Virus record (IMG/VR): IMGVR_UViG_2920951204_000001
Coordinates: 64,001-128,000 of that record
DNA from: a virus
Taxonomy: Duplodnaviria; Caudoviricetes
Direction: 5' to 3' (one strand)
DNA length: 64,000 nucleotides
This document shows, piece after piece, positions 28,389 through 37,646 of the stretch. How positions within the stretch are numbered: position 1 is the stretch's first letter; every line of letters begins with the position of its first letter. Under the pieces are notes generated by a model. The model was not told the DNA's origin. It saw nothing but the letters and a program-made list of their open reading frames with translations, and did not search any database. The position numbers and the translations under genes were made by a program.

Positions 28389-28712
28389 TTAATATCATTC
28401 TTGAAGACACCTCAAGCCCGATGAAGCTTTCGTCTAACATCATTCTTCTACTATCAAACAGAGAATATATAAGTAACACATCTTGACATTTGCTATTCAT
28501 GTAGCATTGTAAGTCCAATCTTCTATTCTATCGACATCTAGATTCTTTGGTTATTCTCATCCTTCAAAATGAGAAGATGTCCGTGATTGTCTACGTTAAT
28601 GAGAAACGATAATGAACAAAAATCTTTGGATTTTTACTTGGTGAGGTGCTTGCACCTAGCCTTGATTTTTATGTGGCTGGTGTCCGGTCTGGCAATCTGG
28701 AAAGACAGATAT

Positions 28713-28786
28713 GACTCTATAGAAGAATTGGTTAATTCGTCTGACTGTCTATCAGAAGATTATGGGTTCGAGTCTCGTTAGAGTCA
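28713..28786 (+). tRNA. tRNA-Asp(GTC), atypical
   Basis: GACTCTA/TAGAGTC acceptor; TCTGA-CTGTCTA-TCAGA; GGTTCGAGTC. Confidence 0.8.
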
Positions 28787-28883
28787 CTACTATGCGAGAA
28801 GTCCTGAAGATGAAAGTCTATTAGTGGGATGCATACAACTTTTAGATGTGAGTAGCTCATCACTACTCTCTCGCTTTATTAAA

Positions 28884-29200
28884 AATAAGACTGTCAAGCA
28901 CATCACTTTGACAGTCTTATTCCCAATTTGTTTTTCTAAGACCTTGGTGCAATTTACATGACGACAAACGCCGTACCATCATAGCGTTTATTATCCTTTT
29001 ATTCCTGATGGTGTCGTGTACACATTTTATGCCTTCACTGCAAATGGATTGATGTGAAATCCTATCTTACCCAAGGCAGTCTCACTTTAGCAGTTGGGAT
29101 CTGCAATACTATTATTGCCATCGCATTGACTTTTACTCAGAACGGGCATATTCAAAACGGCTTTTAACATAATCACCATTCCTTTCTGCCAATTATGGCA
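28884..29200 (-). ncRNA. antisense transcript with a 27-aa ORF (29087-29170) and a structured 3' region
   Basis: TTGACT-N17-TATAAT (29234-29206); RBS; bidirectional terminator AATAAGACTGTCAA/TTGACAGTCTTATT (28884-28921). Confidence 0.5.
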
Positions 29201-29246
29201 GATATATTATAGTCTGTTTGATTAGCGAAGTCAATGTGATGATTTT

Positions 29247-29319
29247 ACACCTTTAGCTTAATTGGTAGAGCAACGATCTCCAAAATCGTCAGGTCTATGT
29301 TCAAATCGTAGAAGGTGTG
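29247..29319 (+). tRNA. tRNA-Trp(CCA)
   Basis: ACACCTT/AAGGTGT acceptor; ACGAT-CTCCAAA-ATCGT; GTTCAAATC. Confidence 0.88.
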
Positions 29320-29591
29320 CTAAGTGAAGTGAATTGCACTTTCATTGGAAATTTAATATTGGAAATTATGAGAAGTCATTTCGTATAAAGTGGCTTCTTT
29401 TTATGTTGTGATGGAATAAAAAAGAGAATAAATATATAGCCAACTATGAGAGGATTGTTACTGTTTCGGTTGCAGGTAGTTGGATTATGGAGTGAGAAGC
29501 CTTTGACTGATCATCTTAGGTACAGTAGATACTCGCACTACTCTCTCACTCTGTTTTAATTGGTTTTTGCGAGTGGAAAGCGAGAAATGAT

Positions 29592-30698
29592 ATGGGAAGA
29601 AAATTAACTGACGAAGAATACAAACAAAAATTAAAAGAAACAAATCCTGAGTATGAAAGTCTTGCTCCATATCAAGGAAACAAAATTAAAATACCACATA
29701 GACACATTAAATGTGGGTATATTTGGGATGTAAAACCAAATGTATTGGATCAAAACACATATGGATGTCCTTTTTGTTCAGGAAAAGTGAGAAAAGATAT
29801 TACATATTTTAAAGATGAAGTATATAAACTTGTTGGTGATGAATACGAAGTTATTGGTGATTATGTAAACACTCATACTAAAACTACGTTTAGACATAAT
29901 GTCTGTGGACATATTTTTGATATGACACCACATAACTTTATTTCTGGTCAAAGATGTAAATATTGTCAACATAGAAGTTATGTAAAAACAACTGAAGAGT
30001 TTAAACAGGAACTGTTTGATCTTGTTGAGGAAGAATATATATTAGAAGATGAATATATAAATAATCATACAAAAGTAAATTTTAGACATAAAATTTGTGG
30101 TCACTTATGGAACACTACGCCATCTGAAATTTTGAATGGATATAGATGTATTTATTGTTATGGGAATAAAAAACTCACTCAAAATGATTTTGAAGATAAA
30201 GTTTATGAACAACGTGGTAATGAATATAGTGTTGTTGGAAAATATATAAACTATTCTACAAAAGTGTCAATGAGACACAACAAATGCGGATGTATTTGGA
30301 ATGTTATTCCTGGTGCATTCTTTAGTAAAATGTCTGGATGTCCTAAATGCAACCAATCAAAAGGAGAATCAAGGATTGAGACGTATTTGCAGAAAAATAA
30401 AATTTCATATATTTCACAGATGAAATATGAAGATTTACGTGGCGATAGAAATATACCATTGTCTTACGATTTTTACTTAGAGGATTTTAATATTCTTATC
30501 GAATATCAAGGACAACAACATAAATACTCTGTCGATTGGTTTGGTGGTGAAGAAAAGTTTAAACGCCAACAAGAAATTGACATGATGAAAAAGAATTATG
30601 CAGAAGAACATAATATTGAATTATTAGAAATTTGGTATTATGACTTTGACAATATAGAAAACATTTTAGGAAGTCGGCTGTTAAAACAGTCGGCTTAA
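29592..30698 (+). CDS. zinc-ribbon-repeat endonuclease (Vsr/DUF2726-like PD-(D/E)XK), probable homing endonuclease
   Basis: Four repeats of H..CG..W...P......GCP.C; SKGE...YDFYL....ILIEYQGQQH. Confidence 0.75.
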   Translation: MGRKLTDEEYKQKLKETNPEYESLAPYQGNKIKIPHRHIKCGYIWDVKPNVLDQNTYGCPFCSGKVRKDITYFKDEVYKLVGDEYEVIGDYVNTHTKTTFRHNVCGHIFDMTPHNFISGQRCKYCQHRSYVKTTEEFKQELFDLVEEEYILEDEYINNHTKVNFRHKICGHLWNTTPSEILNGYRCIYCYGNKKLTQNDFEDKVYEQRGNEYSVVGKYINYSTKVSMRHNKCGCIWNVIPGAFFSKMSGCPKCNQSKGESRIETYLQKNKISYISQMKYEDLRGDRNIPLSYDFYLEDFNILIEYQGQQHKYSVDWFGGEEKFKRQQEIDMMKKNYAEEHNIELLEIWYYDFDNIENILGSRLLKQSA

Positions 30699-30728
30699 TT
30701 TAGTTGTAAATAAAGGAGGTGTGGCTTC

Positions 30729-31934
30729 GTGCCAAGAACTAAATCTGCTGGTACTAAGCCATTACCAGCGAATAAACAAAAAGGTAAAAAAATATGCTCT
30801 TGTTGTTCTAAAGAAAAAAAATTAACTGATTTTTATTTATCATATAGTCCAATGTATTCTTTAGATAAAAGAGTTCCAGTTTGTAAAGATTGTTGCAAAT
30901 CTTCTATTCTTAATACAGATGGTACGATAAATTATGATAAGCTAAAAGAACTTTTAAGAAGCATAGACAAACCTCTCTATATAGACTTAATTATGTCTTC
31001 AGAACAAAGTGTTGCAAAAGAAAACAGTTATTTAGAAGATGAAGAGATTCAATATCATGGAAAGGAAATATTACAAAAATATTTTACTTTAATTGCCATG
31101 AGGCAAGATAGAGCAAAATCATATTCAGATTCAGAAAGAGAGGGATTTCTTCATAAAAACAATAATAGAAATTCTGATGAAAAGAATAAGATTTTAAACA
31201 AATATGGGTTTTTAATAAAAAATGTAGATAAATCTAAGATTGAACAATATGCTCCTGATTCACAATTATCAGAAACAGTTAGATGGTCAAAAAAAGATAA
31301 ACAAAATATGAAATACGCTATTTCTATAATTGGTTATGACCCATTTGAAGATGTTGGATTATCCGAGTCTGATAGAAAATATTGTTTTAATATTTTAGCA
31401 GGTTATTGTGATACTGATGGGATTGCTGAAGATGGACATAAAATACAGGGAGTAATTGAAATGTCTATGCTATATTGTCAATGTAAAAAGATTACAGAAG
31501 CAATGAATATAGAATTATCAAATGATGATGTAGATGACAAAAAGGTGCAAAAACTTTCTTCCTCTAAATCTACTCTCTTATCTTCTATTGCCACAATTGC
31601 AAAAGATAATAATATTGCATCAAACTATAACAAAAATTCAAAACAAGGTCAAAGTTCGTTATCATCAAAAATGAAAGAAATGGCTGATAATGGTTTTCAA
31701 GAAATACAAGTCAACTTATTTGATATAAAAACATCTGAGGCTTTTAAACAAATTGACAAAATAAGTAATGAGAATATTGCCAATCAGCTTACATTAGATA
31801 ATAGTGAGTATTCAGAAATTGTAAAAGAACAACGAGAAACATTAAAAGTTCAAGAACAAAAAATTGATGAACTGACTGAAGAAAATAGAAATTTAAAAAA
31901 TAAAATAATTGACTTAGAGAACAGAAAGAGGTAG
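30729..31934 (+). CDS. zinc-finger protein upstream of the terminase (YonG-like; candidate small terminase)
   Basis: CSCC...FY.S......PVCKDC; position directly before terL. Confidence 0.55.
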   Translation: MPRTKSAGTKPLPANKQKGKKICSCCSKEKKLTDFYLSYSPMYSLDKRVPVCKDCCKSSILNTDGTINYDKLKELLRSIDKPLYIDLIMSSEQSVAKENSYLEDEEIQYHGKEILQKYFTLIAMRQDRAKSYSDSEREGFLHKNNNRNSDEKNKILNKYGFLIKNVDKSKIEQYAPDSQLSETVRWSKKDKQNMKYAISIIGYDPFEDVGLSESDRKYCFNILAGYCDTDGIAEDGHKIQGVIEMSMLYCQCKKITEAMNIELSNDDVDDKKVQKLSSSKSTLLSSIATIAKDNNIASNYNKNSKQGQSSLSSKMKEMADNGFQEIQVNLFDIKTSEAFKQIDKISNENIANQLTLDNSEYSEIVKEQRETLKVQEQKIDELTEENRNLKNKIIDLENRKR

Positions 31935-31939
31935 ATGCT

Positions 31940-33772
31940 ATGGAAATATATATACCAATATCCTCAAAAGAGCTAAGTCAACGAAAAATTGAAGAATATC
32001 AAAAAATGTCAAAAATAATAAATTGGGGGCGTTGTAACCCAGTTAGATTTTGTGAAACATTTTTTGGTCTTAAATTGATAGACTATCAGGCTTATTGCTT
32101 TATGAGAACATGGGCTGTTCAATATGCTTTATGGGCTGAGTGTCGTGGTGCCGGTAAGGATACCCTTGCGGCAGCATATTTTATGACACGGTTACTTCTT
32201 ATCCCTGACTATTCATTATATATAAGTAGTAATACATATGCTCAGTCCGTTGAATCATTCAATAAATTGCGTGACATTGCTTTGAAACGTATTCCTTCTT
32301 TCGCAAGTGCAACGGACGTATTCGCAAGAGAAGTTGATAAAACTGGTAGCAATAGTGAAACAGGATTTTTACAAGCACCAACTTGCAAGTTTAGACTATA
32401 TAATAATTCTAAGATGGAAGCATTATCTTCTAATCTGGAAGCCATTAGAGGTAAGCGCGGCGCCGTTTGGCTGAATGAAACGGCGTGGAAAACTGCGGAA
32501 GAATTAGCGGTTGTAGAAAATTACGCAAACGTTGACACAAGCTTCTCTACATCTACTGAAAAGGTTCAGTATTACAAACCTCAACAAATGCCACTTCAAA
32601 TTTTATATACATCTTCTGTCGGAGATGTAACATACCCATTCTTTGATAAATACAAGACATTCTATAAAAAGATGCTCGTTGGGAATAGTAATTATTTTTG
32701 TTTTGATATGAATGCTTATGATATTTTATATCACTCTTCTATTGATGGCGAACCAATCAAATCTCATTTGACAGAAGATCAGATTAAAAAAGCAATTGAG
32801 GAAGATCCTGATAATGCGGATGTTGAATTATTTAATAAATTCAGAAAAGGTGGCGGTCATAATGCTGTTGTAACTATGGATGAGTTAATTCGGAATTCGT
32901 CAAATAGAAAACCTCTATTATACAATGATACTGGAAAGAAAAAGTTTGTTTTCACATATGATCCAGCAAGAAATTTTGATGGAAGTGTTCTTAGTATTTT
33001 CGAAGTAATAGATGACAAAGAAGTTGGGTACAAATTAAGATTTGTAAATTGTGTATCAATGGTTGACACAAATTCTAAAAATAAAACTCCTCTTCCAATG
33101 CCTGCTCAGTTAGAGATTATTAAAGATTTGATGATTAAGTATAACGGTGAACGTTCTGCTGAATGGGAAAATATCGAATTTTACATTGATGCTGGGTCAG
33201 GAGGTGGCGGCATATCCGCAGTTGCAGATCAACTTATGGAAGATTGGGTAGATAAATTTGGTAAAAAACATAGGGGAATTATTGATCCAAACCATAAACA
33301 ATATGAAACTGCCAGGAAAAAATATACAAATGCTATGCCTATTGTTCATTTAGTAGATCCACAAGGATATAAAAAGATAATGTATGACGCTGTTTCAAAA
33401 ATGGTTAAATTGAATCTTATTGAATTTGCTAATTATGATAAAAAAGATTATATCTTATTGCCTAATAAAGATGGCAGTTTTGATAAAGTAGATTTAACTC
33501 AAGAAGAACAAATTGCTTTGGCAAATATGGAAATTGCTAAATTACAATTATCATATATGTGTAGATACGACACATCTAATGGTGGAGTTACGTATGAATT
33601 GGCAAAGGATAAGAAAAATTTTCATGACGATGCAGCTTATACTCTTGCAGAAGGAGCATATGCATTAGCAATTTTAAGACGTGAAGACTTATTGAAGAAA
33701 CCTAAGAGAGATTCATCTTTTGATCCATCACAATTTGTAATGGCACGTCAACCACAAATTAGAAAAATATAA
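31940..33772 (+). CDS. terL: terminase large subunit
   Basis: Walker A CRGAGKD, RGKRG, Walker B-like VWLNE, RNase H-like YDPA and HDD. Confidence 0.88.
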   Translation: MEIYIPISSKELSQRKIEEYQKMSKIINWGRCNPVRFCETFFGLKLIDYQAYCFMRTWAVQYALWAECRGAGKDTLAAAYFMTRLLLIPDYSLYISSNTYAQSVESFNKLRDIALKRIPSFASATDVFAREVDKTGSNSETGFLQAPTCKFRLYNNSKMEALSSNLEAIRGKRGAVWLNETAWKTAEELAVVENYANVDTSFSTSTEKVQYYKPQQMPLQILYTSSVGDVTYPFFDKYKTFYKKMLVGNSNYFCFDMNAYDILYHSSIDGEPIKSHLTEDQIKKAIEEDPDNADVELFNKFRKGGGHNAVVTMDELIRNSSNRKPLLYNDTGKKKFVFTYDPARNFDGSVLSIFEVIDDKEVGYKLRFVNCVSMVDTNSKNKTPLPMPAQLEIIKDLMIKYNGERSAEWENIEFYIDAGSGGGGISAVADQLMEDWVDKFGKKHRGIIDPNHKQYETARKKYTNAMPIVHLVDPQGYKKIMYDAVSKMVKLNLIEFANYDKKDYILLPNKDGSFDKVDLTQEEQIALANMEIAKLQLSYMCRYDTSNGGVTYELAKDKKNFHDDAAYTLAEGAYALAILRREDLLKKPKRDSSFDPSQFVMARQPQIRKI

Positions 33773-33782
33773 GGAAAGGTAG

Positions 33783-35303
33783 GTGGCAAATACGGAAGTA
33801 AAAGATTTAACTGAAGAGGAACGTGAAAAAGTAATGACGCAATATACACAACTACTCTTTGCAAACTTGAAAAAAAATATTGTACAAGACTTAATAAATG
33901 ATCGTAATGAAAGCGTTATTTATAAAAAATACAAAAAAGAAGAAATTGTAAAAATGCTTGAAAGTCCACAGAGAAACGAAGATAAAATTCGTGAACTTAG
34001 TAATTTTATATATCTTGTTTCAAGCCATTATCGAAGACTTGTAGACTACTATTCTACTATCCTTCTTTATAACTATTTAGTTGTTCCAATAAAAATTTCT
34101 ACAAAAAAACCCAATAAAACAAAGTATAAAGAAAGTTATTATTATACTATTAATGAGTGCGAAAAATATAATCTTCGTCACGAATCAACAAAAGCTATTA
34201 AAATTGCTATTCGTGATGGAGTGTATTATGGTATTCCTTATGAAACAGAAGATTCATTTTACATTAAACCTTTTGATGCCAAATATGCAAGAATTTCTAC
34301 TATCGAGGACGGTGCATTTAAATTTTCTGTTGATTTAAATTATTTTAATGGCAAAACATATTTATTGCCTATGTATGGAATTGATTTTCAAATTGCTTAT
34401 GAAAAATATAAAGGAAATAGAGATAAGGGACTTAAAGGCGATAAAACCAAACGATGGTATGAACCTCCAAACGGCATTTGTATTAAAGTGGACGAATCTG
34501 ATCCCATTTATTCTCTTCCACTATTCTGTGGATTACTCCTCGACATATTATCTATTGAAGATTATAAAATGCTTCAAAAATCAAAAGCAGAAAATGATAA
34601 TTATAAAGTATTATCAGCAAAAATGGAAACTGATGAAGATGGTGTTCCGAAAATGGATTTTCCTACTGCTCAAAAATATTATGGGCAGATGGCACAAAAC
34701 TTACCATTAGGTATAGGTTTGTTGATGAGTCCTTTTGATATGTCAGATTATTCTTTCCAGACTTCTACTGCTTCTGAAAGAAACAATGTTACGGAGTCGA
34801 TTAATACGTTTTGGCAAGGTGCAGGAACATCGCCTGCATTATTCGGCGGAGGAAATATTTCTTCTTCCGGTGCTATAACGTTGGCAGTTAAACCAGATGA
34901 AGCTATTGCTTTTTCATTGTTGCAACAGATAGAAAGATTTTTTAATAAGAAATTAAAATTAATGAATCTTCCTTATTCATTTAAAATACAGTTTTTAAAT
35001 CAGTCCATTTTTAATTCTGATGAAATCGCAAACAGAATTTCTAAGGCTGCTGATAAAGGTATGCCAGTAAAAATGAAATATAGTTCTGTATTAGGATTAT
35101 CGCCTAGCGATACTCTTGGTCTTACATATCTAGAAGAGGATATTCTTGAATTGTCTAATAAAGTTTGGAAAAACACTTTGATTTCATCAAATACTCAAAG
35201 TGTTTCTAATGACGAAGGTGGTAGACCTACTAATTCTGAACAAGGAAAAACGCTTGACGATACGGGACAACAGACGGTTGATAATGATGGAAATGACAGG
35301 TAG
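33783..35303 (+). CDS. portal protein
   Basis: 506 aa after terL; C-terminal SSNTQS...GGRP motif typical of the YonE family. Confidence 0.8.
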   Translation: MANTEVKDLTEEEREKVMTQYTQLLFANLKKNIVQDLINDRNESVIYKKYKKEEIVKMLESPQRNEDKIRELSNFIYLVSSHYRRLVDYYSTILLYNYLVVPIKISTKKPNKTKYKESYYYTINECEKYNLRHESTKAIKIAIRDGVYYGIPYETEDSFYIKPFDAKYARISTIEDGAFKFSVDLNYFNGKTYLLPMYGIDFQIAYEKYKGNRDKGLKGDKTKRWYEPPNGICIKVDESDPIYSLPLFCGLLLDILSIEDYKMLQKSKAENDNYKVLSAKMETDEDGVPKMDFPTAQKYYGQMAQNLPLGIGLLMSPFDMSDYSFQTSTASERNNVTESINTFWQGAGTSPALFGGGNISSSGAITLAVKPDEAIAFSLLQQIERFFNKKLKLMNLPYSFKIQFLNQSIFNSDEIANRISKAADKGMPVKMKYSSVLGLSPSDTLGLTYLEEDILELSNKVWKNTLISSNTQSVSNDEGGRPTNSEQGKTLDDTGQQTVDNDGNDR

Positions 35304-35316
35304 GTGGATTTGTGGA

Positions 35317-35511
35317 ATGGAAAATAATTTAATAAAGTTGTTTGATCCATTAAAAGCTAAAATGTTAGCAGATAATGGATTTGAATATATGTTAGAGGAC
35401 ATAGGTGGTAAAAAAGCCTATGTCTTTTGTGTTTCAGAAGAACTTTTGTCCTTTTCTCAGAAGTGCTTTGAAAAGAACAGTTTCTTTTTAGACAACACCT
35501 TACGATTCTGA
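35317..35511 (+). CDS. small hypothetical protein
   Basis: MENNLIKLFDP... between portal and protease genes. Confidence 0.6.
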   Translation: MENNLIKLFDPLKAKMLADNGFEYMLEDIGGKKAYVFCVSEELLSFSQKCFEKNSFFLDNTLRF

Positions 35512-35533
35512 GGAAAGGAGGTAACAACATTTT

Positions 35534-37075
35534 ATGGAAAAGGAAAAAATGTCATTATTATTCAAATCAAAATTTAAATGTTTTGAAAAATTGAATGATA
35601 ATTTTTTAAAAGCAAAATGCTATGTGCTTGCACTGGGAAAGAATATAAATAGATCACATTTTAGTAAAGAAAATGTAGACAGGGCATATTCATCACTTTT
35701 CTATGTTCCTGTAGTCGGACATTTGATGTGCGATGAAAATGGGAATCATTATCTCGGTGGGCATGATGTTAAATTGGACTTAGAAACATTAACTATAAAA
35801 AGTGTTTGTGTCCCATTTGGAGTTGCTATTCCATCAGAAGAACCAGTTTATGAAGATGTAACTGAAGAAGATGGAACTGTTTCAACATATTTGGTCAGTG
35901 ATGTGATTCTTTGGATAGGTAGATATCCAGAATTAGCTGAGGCAATATATGACGAATCAACGTATTTTGGTCAAAGTATGGAAATACTGTATTCAAAATC
36001 AGAACCATTAAAAGATGATAATAAATATACAGATATTATTGATTTTTCTTTTGATGCATTATGTCTATTAAACAAATCTGATGATCCTAAATTTAATATT
36101 CAACCATGTTTTCCAAGTGCGTCCGTAAAACCTTTAAATTATTCAATTGATAAAGATGAATTTTCACAGCTTATGGAAGAAATGAAATCTCAATTGAATT
36201 TTTGTTTGAATAAAAATGACACAGAACAAGGAGGAAAAATTTTGGAAGAAAAAAATGCAATTCTTCAGAAGTATGGAAAGTCTGTTGAGGACTTAGATTT
36301 TTCTATTGATGATTTATCAGTTGAAGAGTTTGAGAAAAAGATGGACGAGCTTTTTGGAGAGAAAAATGAACCTGTAGCTTTTTCTGCTACATATAATCAG
36401 AAACGAGAGGCATTAAGAAATGCTTTAGATCCAATTATTGTAAAAGATGCAGAGGGAAATTATGTTGAGGAAACACATTTCTACGTGTCCGATTTCGATG
36501 ATGAATATGTCTATGTAGAGGTAGATCATTGGAACGCAACCGGTGATTACACATGTAAGTATGGTAGAAAATCTTACACATTTGACGAGACAACACTAAC
36601 TGCTACTATTTCTGATGAATTTGAGGAAATGGTAAAAGTATGGCTCACACTTAATGAAAAAGAAAAACTTGATACTGATAGAGCAAATTACGAATCTATT
36701 TCTACTGAATTTGATGCTTACAAATCTGAACACTCATATACCAATTCTGAATATGAGACTCTCAAAGAATTTGAAGAAAAAGTAAATAAAGAAAAACGTA
36801 AAGCAGATGAAAATTCTGTATTTGCGGAATATGAAAATGAAATTGGAGATACACCGGAATTTTCTGAGTTAAAAGAAAAGGCAAGTGAATTTTCAATTGA
36901 AGAATTAAAAAAGGAATGTTTATGTATCGTTGGTCTTTATGCAAGAGCAAATAAGTCTAACGAAACTAAAGTTGAGAAACCAAAGGAAATTAAATTTTCA
37001 GTAGAAACACCATCTAATGACGATGAAAATGAAAAACCTTACGGTGGCTTAATGGAAAAATATCTTAACAAATAA
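35534..37075 (+). CDS. prohead protease/scaffold fusion (YonD-like)
   Basis: G.N.NRS.F, PVVG, QSMEI, ALCLL, PCF motifs followed by an acidic coiled-coil. Confidence 0.75.
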   Translation: MEKEKMSLLFKSKFKCFEKLNDNFLKAKCYVLALGKNINRSHFSKENVDRAYSSLFYVPVVGHLMCDENGNHYLGGHDVKLDLETLTIKSVCVPFGVAIPSEEPVYEDVTEEDGTVSTYLVSDVILWIGRYPELAEAIYDESTYFGQSMEILYSKSEPLKDDNKYTDIIDFSFDALCLLNKSDDPKFNIQPCFPSASVKPLNYSIDKDEFSQLMEEMKSQLNFCLNKNDTEQGGKILEEKNAILQKYGKSVEDLDFSIDDLSVEEFEKKMDELFGEKNEPVAFSATYNQKREALRNALDPIIVKDAEGNYVEETHFYVSDFDDEYVYVEVDHWNATGDYTCKYGRKSYTFDETTLTATISDEFEEMVKVWLTLNEKEKLDTDRANYESISTEFDAYKSEHSYTNSEYETLKEFEEKVNKEKRKADENSVFAEYENEIGDTPEFSELKEKASEFSIEELKKECLCIVGLYARANKSNETKVEKPKEIKFSVETPSNDDENEKPYGGLMEKYLNK

Positions 37076-37103
37076 AAGTTTATGAAAGTGAGGAAATTTA
37101 ATT

Positions 37104-37598
37104 ATGGCAAAAGCAATGATCAGATTAGATAATGTGCAGTTTACTCATGATGGTTCTCTTATAAAGAGTGCTAAATATATGGGAAGTGGTGATACTGCTA
37201 CTGCAATTGAAAACGCCAATTTTGTTGAAATTGGTGGACTTATGGATGGAGAGAGAGAAATTCATAAGGCTACAACTCCAACAGCAGAAAGTACATATTT
37301 TGGTGTTGTTTGTACACCAGAAGTCGAATATGAGGAAAGAGGCTACCACGGTTTAGACACTTTTGAAAATAAAGCCGGTGAACCTATTCGTGTAGGAATT
37401 CTTTCTAAGGGTGATATTTTCTCTGTTACTAAAGAAGCTCTTGATACAGTTCCTACTGTTGAGAAGCTTGTTGAATTACAGGCAGGCACAAAAGGCAAGG
37501 TTGTAGATACTCCTACTGCCAAATCAACACAGGTTGGTAAGGTAATCGAAGTTGAAGTATCAGGAAGATTTACATGGTATGTAATTGAGGTTCAGTAA
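37104..37598 (+). CDS. head decoration/cement protein (YonC-like)
   Basis: Position before the capsid gene; IEN..FV..G, F.N.AG...R motif. Confidence 0.65.
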   Translation: MAKAMIRLDNVQFTHDGSLIKSAKYMGSGDTATAIENANFVEIGGLMDGEREIHKATTPTAESTYFGVVCTPEVEYEERGYHGLDTFENKAGEPIRVGILSKGDIFSVTKEALDTVPTVEKLVELQAGTKGKVVDTPTAKSTQVGKVIEVEVSGRFTWYVIEVQ

Positions 37599-37646
37599 TT
37601 ACGACAATTCAAATTTTAAAATATAGAAAGTGAGGAAAATAATATT

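Noticed and set aside
28587-28781. 64-aa ORF in the track
   Set aside because: Runs through tRNA-Asp; no RBS
29051-29062. GATGTGAAATCC match to an internal 16S region
   Set aside because: Only 12 nt with no flanking similarity; compatible with chance
28884-29200. tmRNA
   Set aside because: No tRNA-Ala-like ends, and the ORF has its own RBS/ATG and lacks an ...AA tag terminus
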